A stretch of 64,000 nt of DNA from Eledone cirrhosa (lineage: Eukaryota), in NCBI GenBank assembly GCA_964016885.1, contig OZ024742.1:226796001-226860000 (forward strand), read 5' to 3'. The stretch's first letter is position 1; the number at the start of each line of letters is the position of its first letter. A model generated the notes under the pieces. That model did not search any database. It was not told the origin of the DNA and saw only the letters and a program-made list of their open reading frames with translations. A program made the translations under genes and the position numbers. This document shows positions 13,494-27,553 of this stretch, in pieces.

Positions 13494-14352
13494 CAGCGGT
13501 TTCTGTTAGCTTCTCATGAAACAAGAGCCACCACTAACACCACCACCACGACCACAACAACAACTACAACTACTACTACTACTACTATCACCACCACCAC
13601 AGCAGTTGTTACTGTCTCCATTGACAGCAGCTTTCACCACCACCGCCAACCCTACTACTACTACTTTTACTATTACTACTACTAATACTACTTATATATA
13701 TAATCTGCTGCTGCCGGTGTGGTGCGGTCTGGTGTAGTGTTATTGCTTCCATTACTGTTGTTGTTGCTGCCGGAACACCACCACCGCCTCTACCATTTTC
13801 ACTCGTACTATTACTACCTCCAACACTATCGCTATAAGCATCAACATCATCACGAGTGCTATCACCTTCGCCACCACTATCAGCACCACCGCCGTCGCCA
13901 TTATCCCCACTATCGTCATCAGCACTGCTGCCACAATCACTATCAGCACCAAAACCACCACCACCACCACTACTACCACCACAATCATCATCATTACCAC
14001 TGATATTACCACCACAACCAACATCATCACCGTCACCACCATTAACTTCATCACCACTGCTATCATCCCCACCACCACTATCACTATCCCCACCACCACC
14101 ATCATCATCATCACCACTGATATTACCACCACAACCAACATCATCACCGTCACCACCATTAACTTCATCACCACTGCTATCATCCCCACCACCACCACCA
14201 CCGTCATCATCATCACCACTGATATTACCACCACAACCAACATCATCACCGTCGCCACCATTAACTTCATCATCACCACCACAACAACTACCATCATCCC
14301 CACCATCACTATCACTATCATTATCACCACCATCACCACCACCGTCGCCATT
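13375..14352. repeat. Trinucleotide-rich low-complexity region with a three-copy higher-order unit
   Basis: (TAG)n/(ACT)n/(ACC)n; unit TGATATTACCACCACAACCAACATCATCACCGTC..ATTAACTTCATCA recurs at 14001, 14118 and 14220. Confidence 0.9.
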
Positions 14353-14566
14353 AACAGTACTAACACTTTACGAACGGGCTCATTCGTTAATATTAAACAT
14401 CAAGTTAATCCGTTCTTGTTAACATGTATAAAAGAAGTTTTGAGTCAGGAGGGTTACTGTGGTTGTTTTGTTATGTTTTTATTTATCCTCTCATAGGAAT
14501 TTTGATATGATGGCGGATTGTAAACATACGACATGGCCAGCCAGCCAGTTAACAACCACTTCACAC

Positions 14567-14619
<53 letters not shown>

Positions 14620-14720
14620 AATGAAAAGTGTAGAAATTGGTGTAGCGAGAAGCTAACAGTATTCATATATATATATATATTTATAAGGAAGGGCCGTATG
14701 CATAATCTAGTATGTAAGCG

Positions 14721-14779
<59 letters not shown>

Positions 14780-17700
14780 GAGAGAGAGAGAGAAAGAGAG
14801 TGAGAAAGAAAGCGAGAGAGAGTTTATAGGAAGAGGAATTGTGGGAAAGAAATAAGCTGCCTGACTGAGCTAGGTTAATACAGTTGACTTTGAGCTGCAT
14901 ATATGTGTATATAATATATATATATTATTTACATATATATATATATATATATAGTATTTACACACACACACATATATATAAGTATATACATATACATATA
15001 TATATATGTGTGTGTGTGTAAATATATATATATATATATAAACACACACATATATGTATACACACACACATACATATTTAAAGCTGATACATGTGTATAC
15101 CTACATACACATTGCGTACAAATGCACCCACACATACAGATATATACGTACGTATATACATACGCGGTATTTTGAACCGTATCTATGAACACAAAAGGCA
15201 AGCAAGCATACGACAGGTTATATAATACCACCTAAGTGGATATATAGCTATTATATCGTTTAATGCATGGAAAGGCATGGGTGAAACGTCGAGAAGACCA
15301 GAGAAATTAAAGTGCTGCTTGAGGTTTTGAAGCCATTCTAACAACCATTGCTTACAGAAACGAGTTGTGTTAATGTATTGCCCTTGTGGCCAATAAATGA
15401 AATTACAATATACAAAGTAGTAGTAGTAGCAGCAGCAGCAGTAATACTGGTGGTGGAGGGGGTAGTAACAACAACAACGCCGCATAGATGGCGCTGCGAA
15501 TGGCGTGATAGCGACATCTTTAGTAGTAGTAGTAGTAGTAGTTCTGTTGTAATGGCGGGTGGTAGCAACGGGGATTGTTAAGCGATGACGCGGGTGGTAT
15601 GGTGGAAGGAGCAGTAGTAGCAGCAGCAGCGACAGTGACGTTGGTTGTAGTAGTAGTAGTAGTAGTAGTAGTATGACGGATGTGCTTATAATAGAAGTGT
15701 TGATAATATTAGCAACGTTCAATAATATTGTATTAATAATAATACTAACAATAATTTCTTTATCTTCCACAAGGCCATCTATTTGAAGGAGTGGAGGGGA
15801 AGTCGATGAAATCGATCCCAAGAACTTGACTGGTAATTTATTTTATTATCATCCTTCCCTTGGAACGCTGAGAATCAAAGTTGACTTCGGCTAGGTTTGA
15901 ACTCATAACATAAAGAGCCGGATAATGCTAGCTCAACGTAGTTAATATGATTGATATTACAATTGTTGCAACGGTTGCTTATTTAGCTTTGAAGATCGTT
16001 ATGGAAACAACACACGACTTAACAATGCCAAACCTACTATGAATCTGATGAAACTTAAGTTTCAAGGGCGTCTAATCTCTTACGAAGGTCCAGAAGCAAT
16101 TTATTGTTCTATGATCACTGGTTGCGAACGGGTTTATGTTCTATTGTCCCTGGTTGCGAACGAGTCTCCTTAGTAGGTCGAACCTCACAGCCCCTACAAA
16201 CTGTAGGTCCGCCACAAGTCTCATTGCCCTACAAAATGAAAGTCGGCTCATGGCAGTTAATAACGTGCGGTGGGACGTAACATCTGAGAGGGAAATATAA
16301 AAGATCCAGAAACAAAGAAATATATGTAAAAACTGTTTAAATGTCTTTCATTTTCATGATGTGATCACTAAAGATGATGGATCCTCCGTCGGTTTCGACG
16401 ATGACCATTTACTTGGTCAATCAACTGAACGTCAGATGTTAAATTAACATGAAAGTGGTTGAATATTCCTCAAAGATGTGTACGATTAATGGAATCCCCA
16501 ATCAGAATCAGCGTGACATTATTTGATAAGACTAGACCTTTGAATTACAAGTACAATCCATTTTGTATTATACTATAATTGGTTGAGTATTCCACAGATA
16601 TGTGTATCCCAAACGTAATTCTTAAGTAGAATTAGTATGATTCAATATGTGATAAGACTAGACCTTTGAATTATATGTACAGTTCATCCGACGAGATTCC
16701 ACGTTGTTTCCATCTAGTAAATTTCACTCACGAGCCTTAGTTTAACTGGAGGCCATGGTAAAAACACTTGCTCAAGGTGTTACGCAGGGGGATCAAAAAC
16801 CGGGATCTCATGATTTCAAAGTAAACTTAATCATAATTACTCAACTATGACTACGTTATAGTGAAGTAAGCAACAGTAGAATCACAGTGACAACCCTATG
16901 AATTTTGATCAAGTTATCTTATTTGATCCGACGAAAACGTACAATGTCCGTAACTATTACTTCCAGATTGTTGACACCACTGGCGTTGATCGTCAGTTTA
17001 ACTGTTTGGTATACCAAACGGTTTGAACTCATCCCTGTTTCTACAATACAAAACTATTTGTTTAAAAGTATCTAAAAACCTTCTATCATAATTTTATGTG
17101 AGAACCTTTGTAAGTTCTGTTCCAAACACCAGCTTATTAATGAGAAAGTTAGTTATATTTCTAAATCCTTCCAAATTCTGGTAATGGAAGAGTTAAACAT
17201 ACAGGTTTATCTGTAGGAAAAGATTATGTTATAGAAGGTTGCAATTTTGAGGAGGACATATTGGTTGAAGAACACTTTAGTACGAAGTTGGAGGTGTTGA
17301 GTCATTGTAGAAAATATAAGGGATAGTTGTATAGGGAAAGCTTCGAAATAATTCGTAAACAGCTTGCTAATTTATAAAAGCTGTATAATATAATACAGGA
17401 TGATTTGGCGAGACAGTGGCCAGGTGGTTGTAGTCTGAAGGTTTTTCAATTAGTCACTGTAGAAAATATGAAAGTTGCATCAAGAAGCCTTCAATGTAAG
17501 TGGTATGACACCGTTGTTGTTACAGCTTACGCCTATACAGGTTTAGCTGTATCTCATACGAGTTTTTGGGGGTGTTTTAATGATAGGGGTCCCAATTCTA
17601 TCATGATGTTGCTACAGCTCACATCTGTGTAGACTTAGCTGATCTCCTGAGATTTTATTTCATGGGTTTCTAGGGAGTTTTAATAGGGGCCCACCCCTAT

Positions 17701-18109
17701 CATGAAAAATAACATGAAATGAAGTGTCTTGCTCAAGAACACAACGCGCCGCTCAGTGCAGGAATTAAACCAAGGATTTTATGATTGGGAGTCCAGCACC
17801 CTAACCACTAAGCTACATGCTCTAACCATGTATGTGATATATAGCTTACTAAGTTACAATAACAGCAGAATACAGAGGGCGGTTTTAGTACGACAGTGGT
17901 CAAATACTTGTGAAAGCGTAGTGAGGGAAGGCAATTGCCAACGGGCCTAGGTTTGTAGGAACACAAAATTTTTTCTAGCTCATTATACCTGGTAATTAAG
18001 TTGGGAGCGGCAAAAGTGCCATTGCCTACGGGCGCCAAGAGCCCTTGTTGCTTCAGTGGGTTATTGATGTGGGGTGGTTTTTCAATCAGTTGTGTGTTGT
18101 TTTTTTTTG

Positions 18110-18635
18110 CTGTACAGAATATTTGCTTGTGTTTGCAACTCCCCAGTCTCAGGTATATGGAATACACCAGTCGCTTGTAAAGGTTTAGCGACTGTTCTGA
18201 AATATTTTAACACCCTGAAGATAGAGTATTTGCTTGTGTTCGTCACCGCACTGTTCTAGATATATAGAGTACACATGTGGAGTTAGCAACTGTTAGGAGT
18301 ACAAAAGTGAGGCATTTTGCGTGCCAGTTGCCATGGCTTATGTTTTTGATGCTGAATAGAAAGTTTGTATGTTTGCAACCCCACTCTCCCAGATATAGAG
18401 AGTACGCCCGTGGCTTGTACAAGGCTAGCAACTATTGTCAAATATTTTCTTGAAAATAGAATATTTCTGGGTGTTACGACTCCTCTATCCCAGATATATG
18501 GAATACACCTATGGTCTGTACGGTGTTAGTAAATGTTTGCTTGTATGTGTTCGTAACTCCACTTTACTAGATGTATGAAGCATGCATGTGGCCTGTACAG
18601 AGTTACCAATTGTTCTGAAATGTTTTCACACCCTA
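18110..18635. repeat. Diverged tandem repeat
   Basis: Recurring ..CCCAGATATA.GGA.TACAC..GTGGC.TGTAC..GTTAGCAACTGTT. Confidence 0.6.
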
Positions 18636-19349
18636 AAAAAAACCCCCCAAAACTTGTCCCCTGGGGAAAATAATAGAGCCAGTTTAGCAAAGTAGCCAAA
18701 TAATATTGAAAATATTGATGTAAATGTCAAATTCGAGAATGTAAATTCAACACTTTCTACTTATTTTTTGTGTATCTATCCAACATGTAATTTTGAATAT
18801 TCTCTCAAAGCTTCAAGTCTATCAAAATTGAATACATATATAAAAAAGACATTATTTTACTATAACCGCTATCATACTGGGTTTTTGGTTTTTTTTAATA
18901 GGTCTAGGGGAGAATGGATAGTGCTCATTACCTTCACAGGCCATCAGAGACTAGAGATTTATGCCTTTGATGTTATGTTTAAATTGTTGCAAGTTTACTC
19001 TTTTAGGAAAGATATAAGCAGTTACAGAGAGTTACAGAGGGCCGACATTCTCGGTAGGAAGAACTAGGTATAGTGATTAGTTGGGGGAAGAGGTCTCAAA
19101 GGCGGAGGACACAATATGGGTGGTAAGAGGAGAGGATACGAGTGGGTCAGGAGTGTATGAGTGGAGGTGGCATAAGTTCAGCAAGGAACAGAGGCCATTG
19201 TAGCAACGGTAGAACAAACATAGATAAGATACAGCATGTCTTTGGACCAGAGGCTAGAGAGTTTCAGAGAGTGACTTTAACCCTTCCAATACCAAATCAC
19301 TTGAAGCCATAATAATTTTAGATAAGAACCTTTGTTTGAGAACGTAAAT

Positions 19350-19840
19350 TCTTCTTCTTCGCCCACTTATTCCCGAGAGAGTCGTGGAGGCACAGTTTGT
19401 AGACATGTCTTTTCGAGGGTCCTATCAAAAGCAATTGTCTCCAAATAATCCGATTGGATCCCCATGCGAGACCAACTGAGTTTATGGATGTAATCTAACC
19501 ATCTTGTTCGTTGTCTACCCCCTTGATCTCCTGTTAAAATCTGTCCAGCGATTCTTTCTTTAGTAGTACCGAAGCTGTGATCTCTCGATGTGGACAAGTA
19601 GAATCTATACCTGGTGCGACTCCCCGATCTCCGATCTACGCACCCTATCGGGTAACGTTGCCCCAAGACCCTTCGGAGAAACCCCATTTCGGCTGCTTGT
19701 ATTCGCGATCGTATTCGGTTATTACTCAAGATTCATGACCATAGTTAAGGGTAAGTACGAACACTGAATTGATGATAGCAAATTTTGCTTTTATAACTAC
19801 TTCCCTCCTTCTGATGACCGAGTTCTGAAGCTGACGCATT
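19350..19840 (-). mobile_element. RTE-like LINE 3' fragment
   Basis: RIRSRIQAAEMGFLRRV..GRQRTRWLDYI; (AAG)n tail. Confidence 0.75.
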
Positions 19841-21878
19841 CAGTAACGGTAGAGTCGGACTCCATGCTTTGCAGCATAGAGTTACGGCCCTTTATAGTTT
19901 GAGTTCAAATCCCACCGAGGTTAACTTTGCCGTTCAACCTTACGGGGTCGATAAAATAAAGTACCAGTAATGCACTGGGATAATTGCTGGCCTTGTGCCA
20001 AAAGAAGAAACAATTATTGTACCAGCTCCTGCAATTCTTACATTTAATTCAGCTTCCAGCAAGTTAGTTTTTTTTCTAAATGCCTTCAAATTGTTGGTTA
20101 TTTTCACAATATAGGTAGTGTCTTTCAAGAGAAATATGGTAACGAAATGTTTAATGACTAAAATATATTAGTCCCAAACCATCACCTCTCTTTACAAATG
20201 TCAAAATATTTCTTCAATGTGTGTATTCCTCGGAGCAAGCTATTGGGGATTGCTTTGAAGAAGTTCACTTCAGAGATACGGATGATATCTTAAGTGTCAA
20301 CTCCTCTAAAATATATTTTACACTGACGATGTGATGAATAAATATCATATAACTGTCATACGAACACAATTCCTCGTATGACTATTGTTGTTGTTTTGTG
20401 TTGTTTAGCCTCAGGTCAGTCCTGATTTTGAAACCTATCATGAATGGCCTAGCAGCAGTGACCATTTCGTATTTTATTCAGACATTGTATATCTAGGAAT
20501 ACAGTATATAATATGGTCTTCCTTCTACAAGATAATAGAATACAATTTGAGAGAATCTGGCTACAATTAGTTCTTTTATTCTGTAATATTACATGTAAGA
20601 GTTCCTTCTTTCCCACTAATAGTGGGAATAGAACCCATGAAAATCGTTGATCCGTGCTACTTGCCCCTTCCCTTCAGGCATGCATGAAGTGGGGCTATGA
20701 TTCACCATAGTAGGTAACCAAACAACTGTGTATTTAATGTATAACCCGCTGGCTTGCAATGTTGAATTCATTTTGTCTCAGGAAAATCTACCTACGAAAT
20801 ACTAACGTTCTAGGCAGTGGGTTTGGGGGTGGAATTAACATTAGAAAACTGGGAAACAACATTCGGTTCTATGAATGGTCGTAATACAGAAAAAGTTCAT
20901 CAATAGACGCCACTGAGTTGTGAGAGCATAAGACTAAATATCTAGCGATATTTATTCAGGCTCTCTGCCCTCTGAGTTAAAATCCCTCCGAACTTAATTT
21001 TGCCTTTCATATTTTCGGGATTAATAAAATAGTGTACCGGTCCATTAGCGAAATTGTTAGAGCGTTTTAGATGAGATACTTTGCAGTATTTGTTCCGGCA
21101 TTCTGTGTTCCTAGTTCAAATCCCGCTGTTGTCTATTTGGATGTTAGACTTAATCAGACGCCCAGTTTAACACCACATCCTGACCCTTGGTTGCCTTTAG
21201 AGGAGTCAACTCTGTTGCCAGAATTCCAGCCAGGTCTCTGGTTTGAGGATCTCATCCGTCCCCTCCCTCTCTCCCTCTCACCAGTCTCAGAGGCCTTCTG
21301 AGATATTTCTATGGAACAAAATTACACATTTTAAAGAGTTCCTATTTAAATTAAGGACCATGTTAAGTTGCTATAATTTTAGTAAATCATTCACAATTAT
21401 TCATTAATTAATTGAAATAGAACGTATTTTATTAGAAATATGATCGCGTAAGGGTTAAAGAAACCATAAAGTGGAAACCCGTTGTTAAGTTGACAAATCA
21501 TTTGCAAATAACAAAAGAAAACGTTCTAATAATCAATATAGTATCAGGCATGGCCGGATGATTATGTAGTTAGCTTCACGATCACGAGGTTCTGAGTTCA
21601 ATTCGACGGCATAGCAATTATTTCTTAACATAGTCTCGGGTAAAATCAGACCTGTATTTGAAACTGGGCTGGCAGAAACTATTGAAGTCCGTCAGATTGG
21701 CTGTATCTGTAATTCAAAAGACGATCCTTATTACATTGAATCATGCTGATTCTGTCTTAGAATTACAGTAAGGATGTATGTGCCTGTAGAATACTCAACC
21801 ACTTACACGAATAGGGTGGTTTGTTGATCTAACAACAGAATGGTCATTCTCGAAATCGACGAAGGGTCCATCTTATAC

Positions 21879-21949
<71 letters not shown>

Positions 21950-21956
21950 GTATATA

Positions 21957-22092
<136 letters not shown>

Positions 22093-22169
22093 GGAACGAG
22101 TAGGACCCCGACGGCTGAGCTCAAGCCGTTTCGACGGCTAATTCTGGACTAAAAATTAGTCCATATATA

Positions 22170-22227
<58 letters not shown>

Positions 22228-24219
22228 TTAATATAGAAATGTATTCCACAGGACTAGAACTGTTTCATTCGAAGGAAATCATCAGGAAAGCCAACTGTCA
22301 TTGTAATACGATGGTATTTATGTTTTCTGGTGGATTTATTTATGTTTTTTGAAGATGGGTAGAGGTCATTGGCCAAGGGATTTTAAAAAACATTCTTGTG
22401 TGTATTTATTATCAAAGTCAGATCAAAGCTTAAAACAGGAAATAATACAATTAATAATTGTTTCTACTTTTGGCGCAAGGCCAGCAATTACCCAGTACAT
22501 TACTGGTACTTTATTTTATCGACCCCGTAAGGATGAAAGGCAAAGTTAACCTCGGCGGGATTTGAACTCAGACCGTAAAGGAACGTAACTATGCTGGAAA
22601 GTATGGCGTCCGACGCTCTACCAATACTGCCAATCCATCCTTCCTAACAAGGTTTTTATTGTTTCGTGCCATATAAAGACTACAACCAAAAATAATAGTA
22701 CAGAGCACAGCAAAGGTATAAGGCAGATTCCAAATGTATAGGACAATGGAAGTTGCCGGACCATAGAGTGACAGATTTAAGACGTCCAATGCCGGACTAT
22801 GAGAGTAGCCGTGCTGTAGGGTGCCGTATTTAAAAAGTCAATTGCCAGGTCATAGAGTGTCGGATTTAAGAGATCCAATGCAATGATCATAGGCGTTGCT
22901 TGACTATGAGGTACTGTATTAAAGAGGTACAACCTGTACAAGTTATTAGATGACTAACAGTAGCTTCAGTTGTCTTTTAAACTAACAAACTTTTGTTTCT
23001 ATCCATTGGCTTCATTCACTTCAAGATACATAGTGAAATAGTTGAAGTGAAGACACCGAAGTAAACAACTATCTTGAACACCATTTTGACTAAAAAACAA
23101 GACAACGCAATCTTTACTAAAAGCTATTATAATCTTACACAACCAGCTAGGTCCATTTTTTTGCGGAAAAGTATGAAATTGTTTCTAGTAAAAATAAGAA
23201 GCTTTTTAATGGGAATAATTTTCAACAATACCTAACTATTGAATTCTTTAAATCTATAATTCCTAACTCTTTCTAGAGTTTCTTGGAAATCTGTTTATTC
23301 ATAACAGTTTCTTCATAATACTTTTCAGATATTCTGAAGACCCCAAAGAGATTATTTTTTTTAAGATTGATGGCGACTTTCTTAAACATTGAATTAAAGA
23401 ATATTTTCAAAACTCATTTGGTTTCGAACAAATTATTTATTATTATTATATATTTCGTATGCTCACCATATAATCAGATACGTACTTGTAATTTGGAGGA
23501 AAATATTTGACATTTGTAAAATACATCTTTGCCAGAGTTTAATTTCTAGAAAACAATGCAATCTAAATGTACAATTGAAATCTGTGAAAAACAATCTTGT
23601 AAACCTTTCTTGTCCAATGGCTTGTTTCTTACAATTGGACGCCATGGAAGTTATTTTCTTTTAACCCTTTATACCATGTCAATGGAAAATCTTTGAAAAT
23701 GAAGTTTCCAAAGAATATGGTTGGTTGCTTCATGCCAATCCTTATATTCTTTTAGATTTATAATCTTGCCAAGTTTTTTATCAAATATTTGAAACTATTT
23801 AGGGAACTTAAAATTCAGTTATTTATGATATATGCATAGATGAAGGTTCTCCTTGTTTGTTTTCGATTTTGTTGCTTTTGTTTTAAGAATTGAAACTTGG
23901 AGAAACTTTGGAGAAACTTTTTAGCGATCCACCAAGGAAAGACTTGTTGGTTCCTTGGAAAGTTGGTTCATGGGTGCTTTGGAAGGAAACCATTGAACTT
24001 GGACTAGAAGACTTGTTGCCCTACAACAACACAAAAAGATTTAACCACTTCTCGCAAAATCTCATTTTCTACCAAATTTTTATTGATGCCATTGCCCATA
24101 TAAGGTAAAATCTCGCACGGCTTAAATACATTTTTGAGAATCGATAAAATTTCTTCCCACCCTATTTTCAATTTTATCCTACCCCTAACCACTGTTGCCC
24201 TCGTCCCCGCCAACACCAA

Positions 24220-24680
24220 CACCTAATTTGCATACTCGCTTTCTCATTGGTCGGCGATCACCGACCTAATTATTATGCAGGAAGGTTGGAAAAATATTAC
24301 GTCAATTGCCGAAATATCACGTGATCCGGTCTCCGCCATCTTGAAGACAGGAAGCGCCTTTGTGTGTATGTGTGTGTACGAGAGAGTGAGGGAGAGGGAG
24401 TGACTGAGAGACAGGGGGAGGGAAAGACAAAGGCTGATAAAGAGAGGGAGAGACAAAAACAAGTATAGAGAGGTGGAGATAGATAGTTAGAAAGAGAGAG
24501 AGAGAGTTATCGGCCACGGCTGAGGTGGAGTAGAGAGAGAGAGAGAGTGAAGAGAGAGAAATATAAAGACAGAGACAGAGAGAGTCTTTTTTATCTCGCC
24601 ATCAACCCCAGCCCGCCACTCGACGGATTATTAAGACACACAGGCAAGGACAACATCTGCGGGTTCTCGTCCAGGTAAGG
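24220..24680 (+). promoter_or_regulatory. Probable promoter and non-coding first exon, likely of the MEP-1-like gene
   Basis: Local CpG-rich cluster: ATTTGCAT 24226-24233, ATTGG 24246-24250, TTACGTCA 24297-24304, TCACGTGA 24317-24324, YY1-like CCGCCATCTTG 24333-24343, then (GA)n and a donor CAG|GTAAGG at 24674/24675. The link to the gene is inferred. Confidence 0.55.
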
Positions 24681-26269
24681 ACCCCCTAATACTGGATCAT
24701 CCTGACATATTTTGGTAAAAATTTCTAAGACCGGTGAAAAGCAAAGAAGTTCCGATAATTAAAACCGCTCGCTCATTTCACTACTTGTTCGTTGTTCAAC
24801 CTAACTGCTGTGAGAGGGGGGAATTATACATACATGTATATATATATATATGTGTGTATTATATAGTTATGAAGAGAGAGAAAAAGCAGTGGGTGAAGAA
24901 AACGTGATCTCGTCGTATACATACATGTACCACATATATTCATACACACACATATATATATATACACTAATTCTTTTTTATATATATATACAGGCAGAAT
25001 AGGTTAACATATTTAAACAGCAATAATTAGATTTTCAGCGCCAAAAGAAATAATTTTGTGATGACTTTTTATTATTTTCAGTTGATCAACCACAGAGAGA
25101 GCAAGTGGGGACGACGAAGAAAGCGTTGTGTCTATGTTTCTTTCTCCGAACCCATTTTATACACACGTATATATATATACACCTAAATACACACACACAC
25201 ATACATATATATATAACATACACATACATTATACATAAATATATACACTAATATATATATACGTGGATGTTTTTTATTCATTTTTCTCTCGTTCTCTATC
25301 TTGTTCGTTGGTTATTAATATTTCTTATTAATTATATTTATTTGTTTTTCATCAACCACTTCTTTCTTACATGTTAGTTTATTATTGAAAACAAATCTAA
25401 TCTAAATTAAATTATGAAATATATAGAGAAAAAAGATATTTTCTGTCTGTCTCCAATCTAGTCGTTTACTCTTTCTCTCTCACTATACACACACACATAC
25501 ATTTGTGTATATAATCACTAATATTTATTTCACTATACTCACACTCACACACTCTCTTTGTGGCTCTATGTATACGATTCATGTGTGTGTGTGTATTTCT
25601 ATATTCAGTTTAACACATTCTCTCTTTATCTGTGTCATCATATATATATATGATATATATATATATATATATTCATTCATTTGTAATGTCTCCGTCAATT
25701 TAATTTCTTTCTCTCTATCCCCATATATAAGGGAAAACGGACTTTAAATGATATATATATACATACAGGCTAGAAAGAGACAGACTACAGTGATTAGAGA
25801 GAGAGGGAGACGGATTATACAGTGAACATTGGCTATATAGTCCCTCTCTCTCTCTATATATATATATATATGGAGAGAGATGTGTAAAATCCCGACAAGA
25901 CTAAGAGGATACTAGAAATAAATATTTGAGCCGAAACCTCTACCGCCATACCATCATCAGTATCAATAAGTATTTCTACTTTTGGCACAAGGCCAGCAAT
26001 AATCCCCAGTGTATTACTGGTGCTTTATTTTATCAACTCCGTAAATAATAATGGTTTCTGATTTAGGCACAAGGCCAGCAATTTGGACAGCGGTTTCAGT
26101 CGATTATATCGAGCCAGTATTTGACTGGTATTTTATTCTATTGATCCATGAATGATGATCTGGGCGAGATTTGAACTCTGAACGTAAAGAACCGGAACAA
26201 CTGCAAAGAATTTTGTCCCACATTCTAACGATTCTGCCAATCCACCGCCCTAGTAACAATACCATTAAT

Positions 26270-26530
26270 ACATACTCCCACTACCATAATCATCACCTTC
26301 AGTAATAGTATTAGTACCTCTATCATCATCATCGCCATCAATAATTTTGGTATTAATATCATCAACATTAATACTAATAATACTTCCACCAACATCAATA
26401 ATAGTATTAATACCTCCACCATAGGTAATAGTAGTATTAATATCTTCATCTCCGTCGGTAATAGATTTAATAATACCTCCACCATCAGTAATAGTAGTAT
26501 CAATAATGCCTCCACCTCCTGTAAAATGAT
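26270..26530. repeat. Degenerate minisatellite
   Basis: Recurring AATAGTATTAATACCTCCACCATC units. Confidence 0.75.
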
Positions 26531-27517
26531 CATCCAGCAATATCATTAGTTCCCTCAGTCACCGGTACATGTTTTTAAAACCAGGCAGGTCTCTCTCTTC
26601 AATCATATACATATATCATAGCTATTACATTGCTACATGCTGTTTCTATTTTATATTAAATATTAGTTTGTTATTCTCAACAGTCACAACATTTTGTCTT
26701 TCAGTAGACATGGATATATACAGACACATTATAAAGCCAGGGATCTTCTCCCCTATATTCAAACATAACTACTACATAGTCTTATTTTATATTATATATA
26801 TAATATATTAAATATTAGCTGCTATTATTCTCTTCCCAGCACACAATACAATTACAACAGTGTTTCATCGCTAGACACAGTTCGGCATACATATTTTACA
26901 CACATACACATCAGGTTTTTAAGATAACAGGAGGAAAATCTCATCGGTATTATAATATTAAATTGTTAGTTGTTCATTATTCTCTACATAATTAATACAC
27001 TCACAATATTGTTTTATGTCTCTCGGTAGACAGATAGAAATATAGACATAATAGTGGAAAAACCCGCCGGTATATATTCTCACTTGCTCGCTCTAATTGT
27101 CCATGGATTAACTTTTAGTATTTATTAATCCACACAAACTTCACACAGTAAACTACATTACAAGCATATTACATATATATAATTTTTTATAAGATAAGTG
27201 GAGAAAACTCGCTGGCTTATTCTTTCGCTCTAAATTGTGCATGGTTATAGCACTAATTAATCTACACACAATCCACATTTCATAGTTAATAGTTACAATT
27301 TCATACTTTATACATTTCATGAAATAAAATAAAATACTCGTTTCGTTTCTTGTGGGGAATTTCTCTTGGAAAATCCTCTACAAAAACCACACACACACAT
27401 ATTATATGTATATATATATATATTTGCGATTATGGTATTCCATAGTGTGAAAAGTAAATCAGTGAAAAAATACTCTATCCAAAGCTGAATGAATCGCTAA
27501 GTTTCTCAGGCAACTAA

Positions 27518-27553
<36 letters not shown>

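Noticed and set aside
13425-14422. Pro/Ser-, His- and Val/Met-rich ORFs
   Set aside because: Open in several frames on both strands because of trinucleotide repeats; no domain or splice evidence
16040-16070. CTGATGA followed by a hairpin
   Set aside because: No downstream GAAA/UH or stem I pairing
22755-22930. Regularly spaced repeats, superficially CRISPR-like
   Set aside because: Degenerate tandem minisatellite in eukaryotic DNA; no unique spacers and no cas genes
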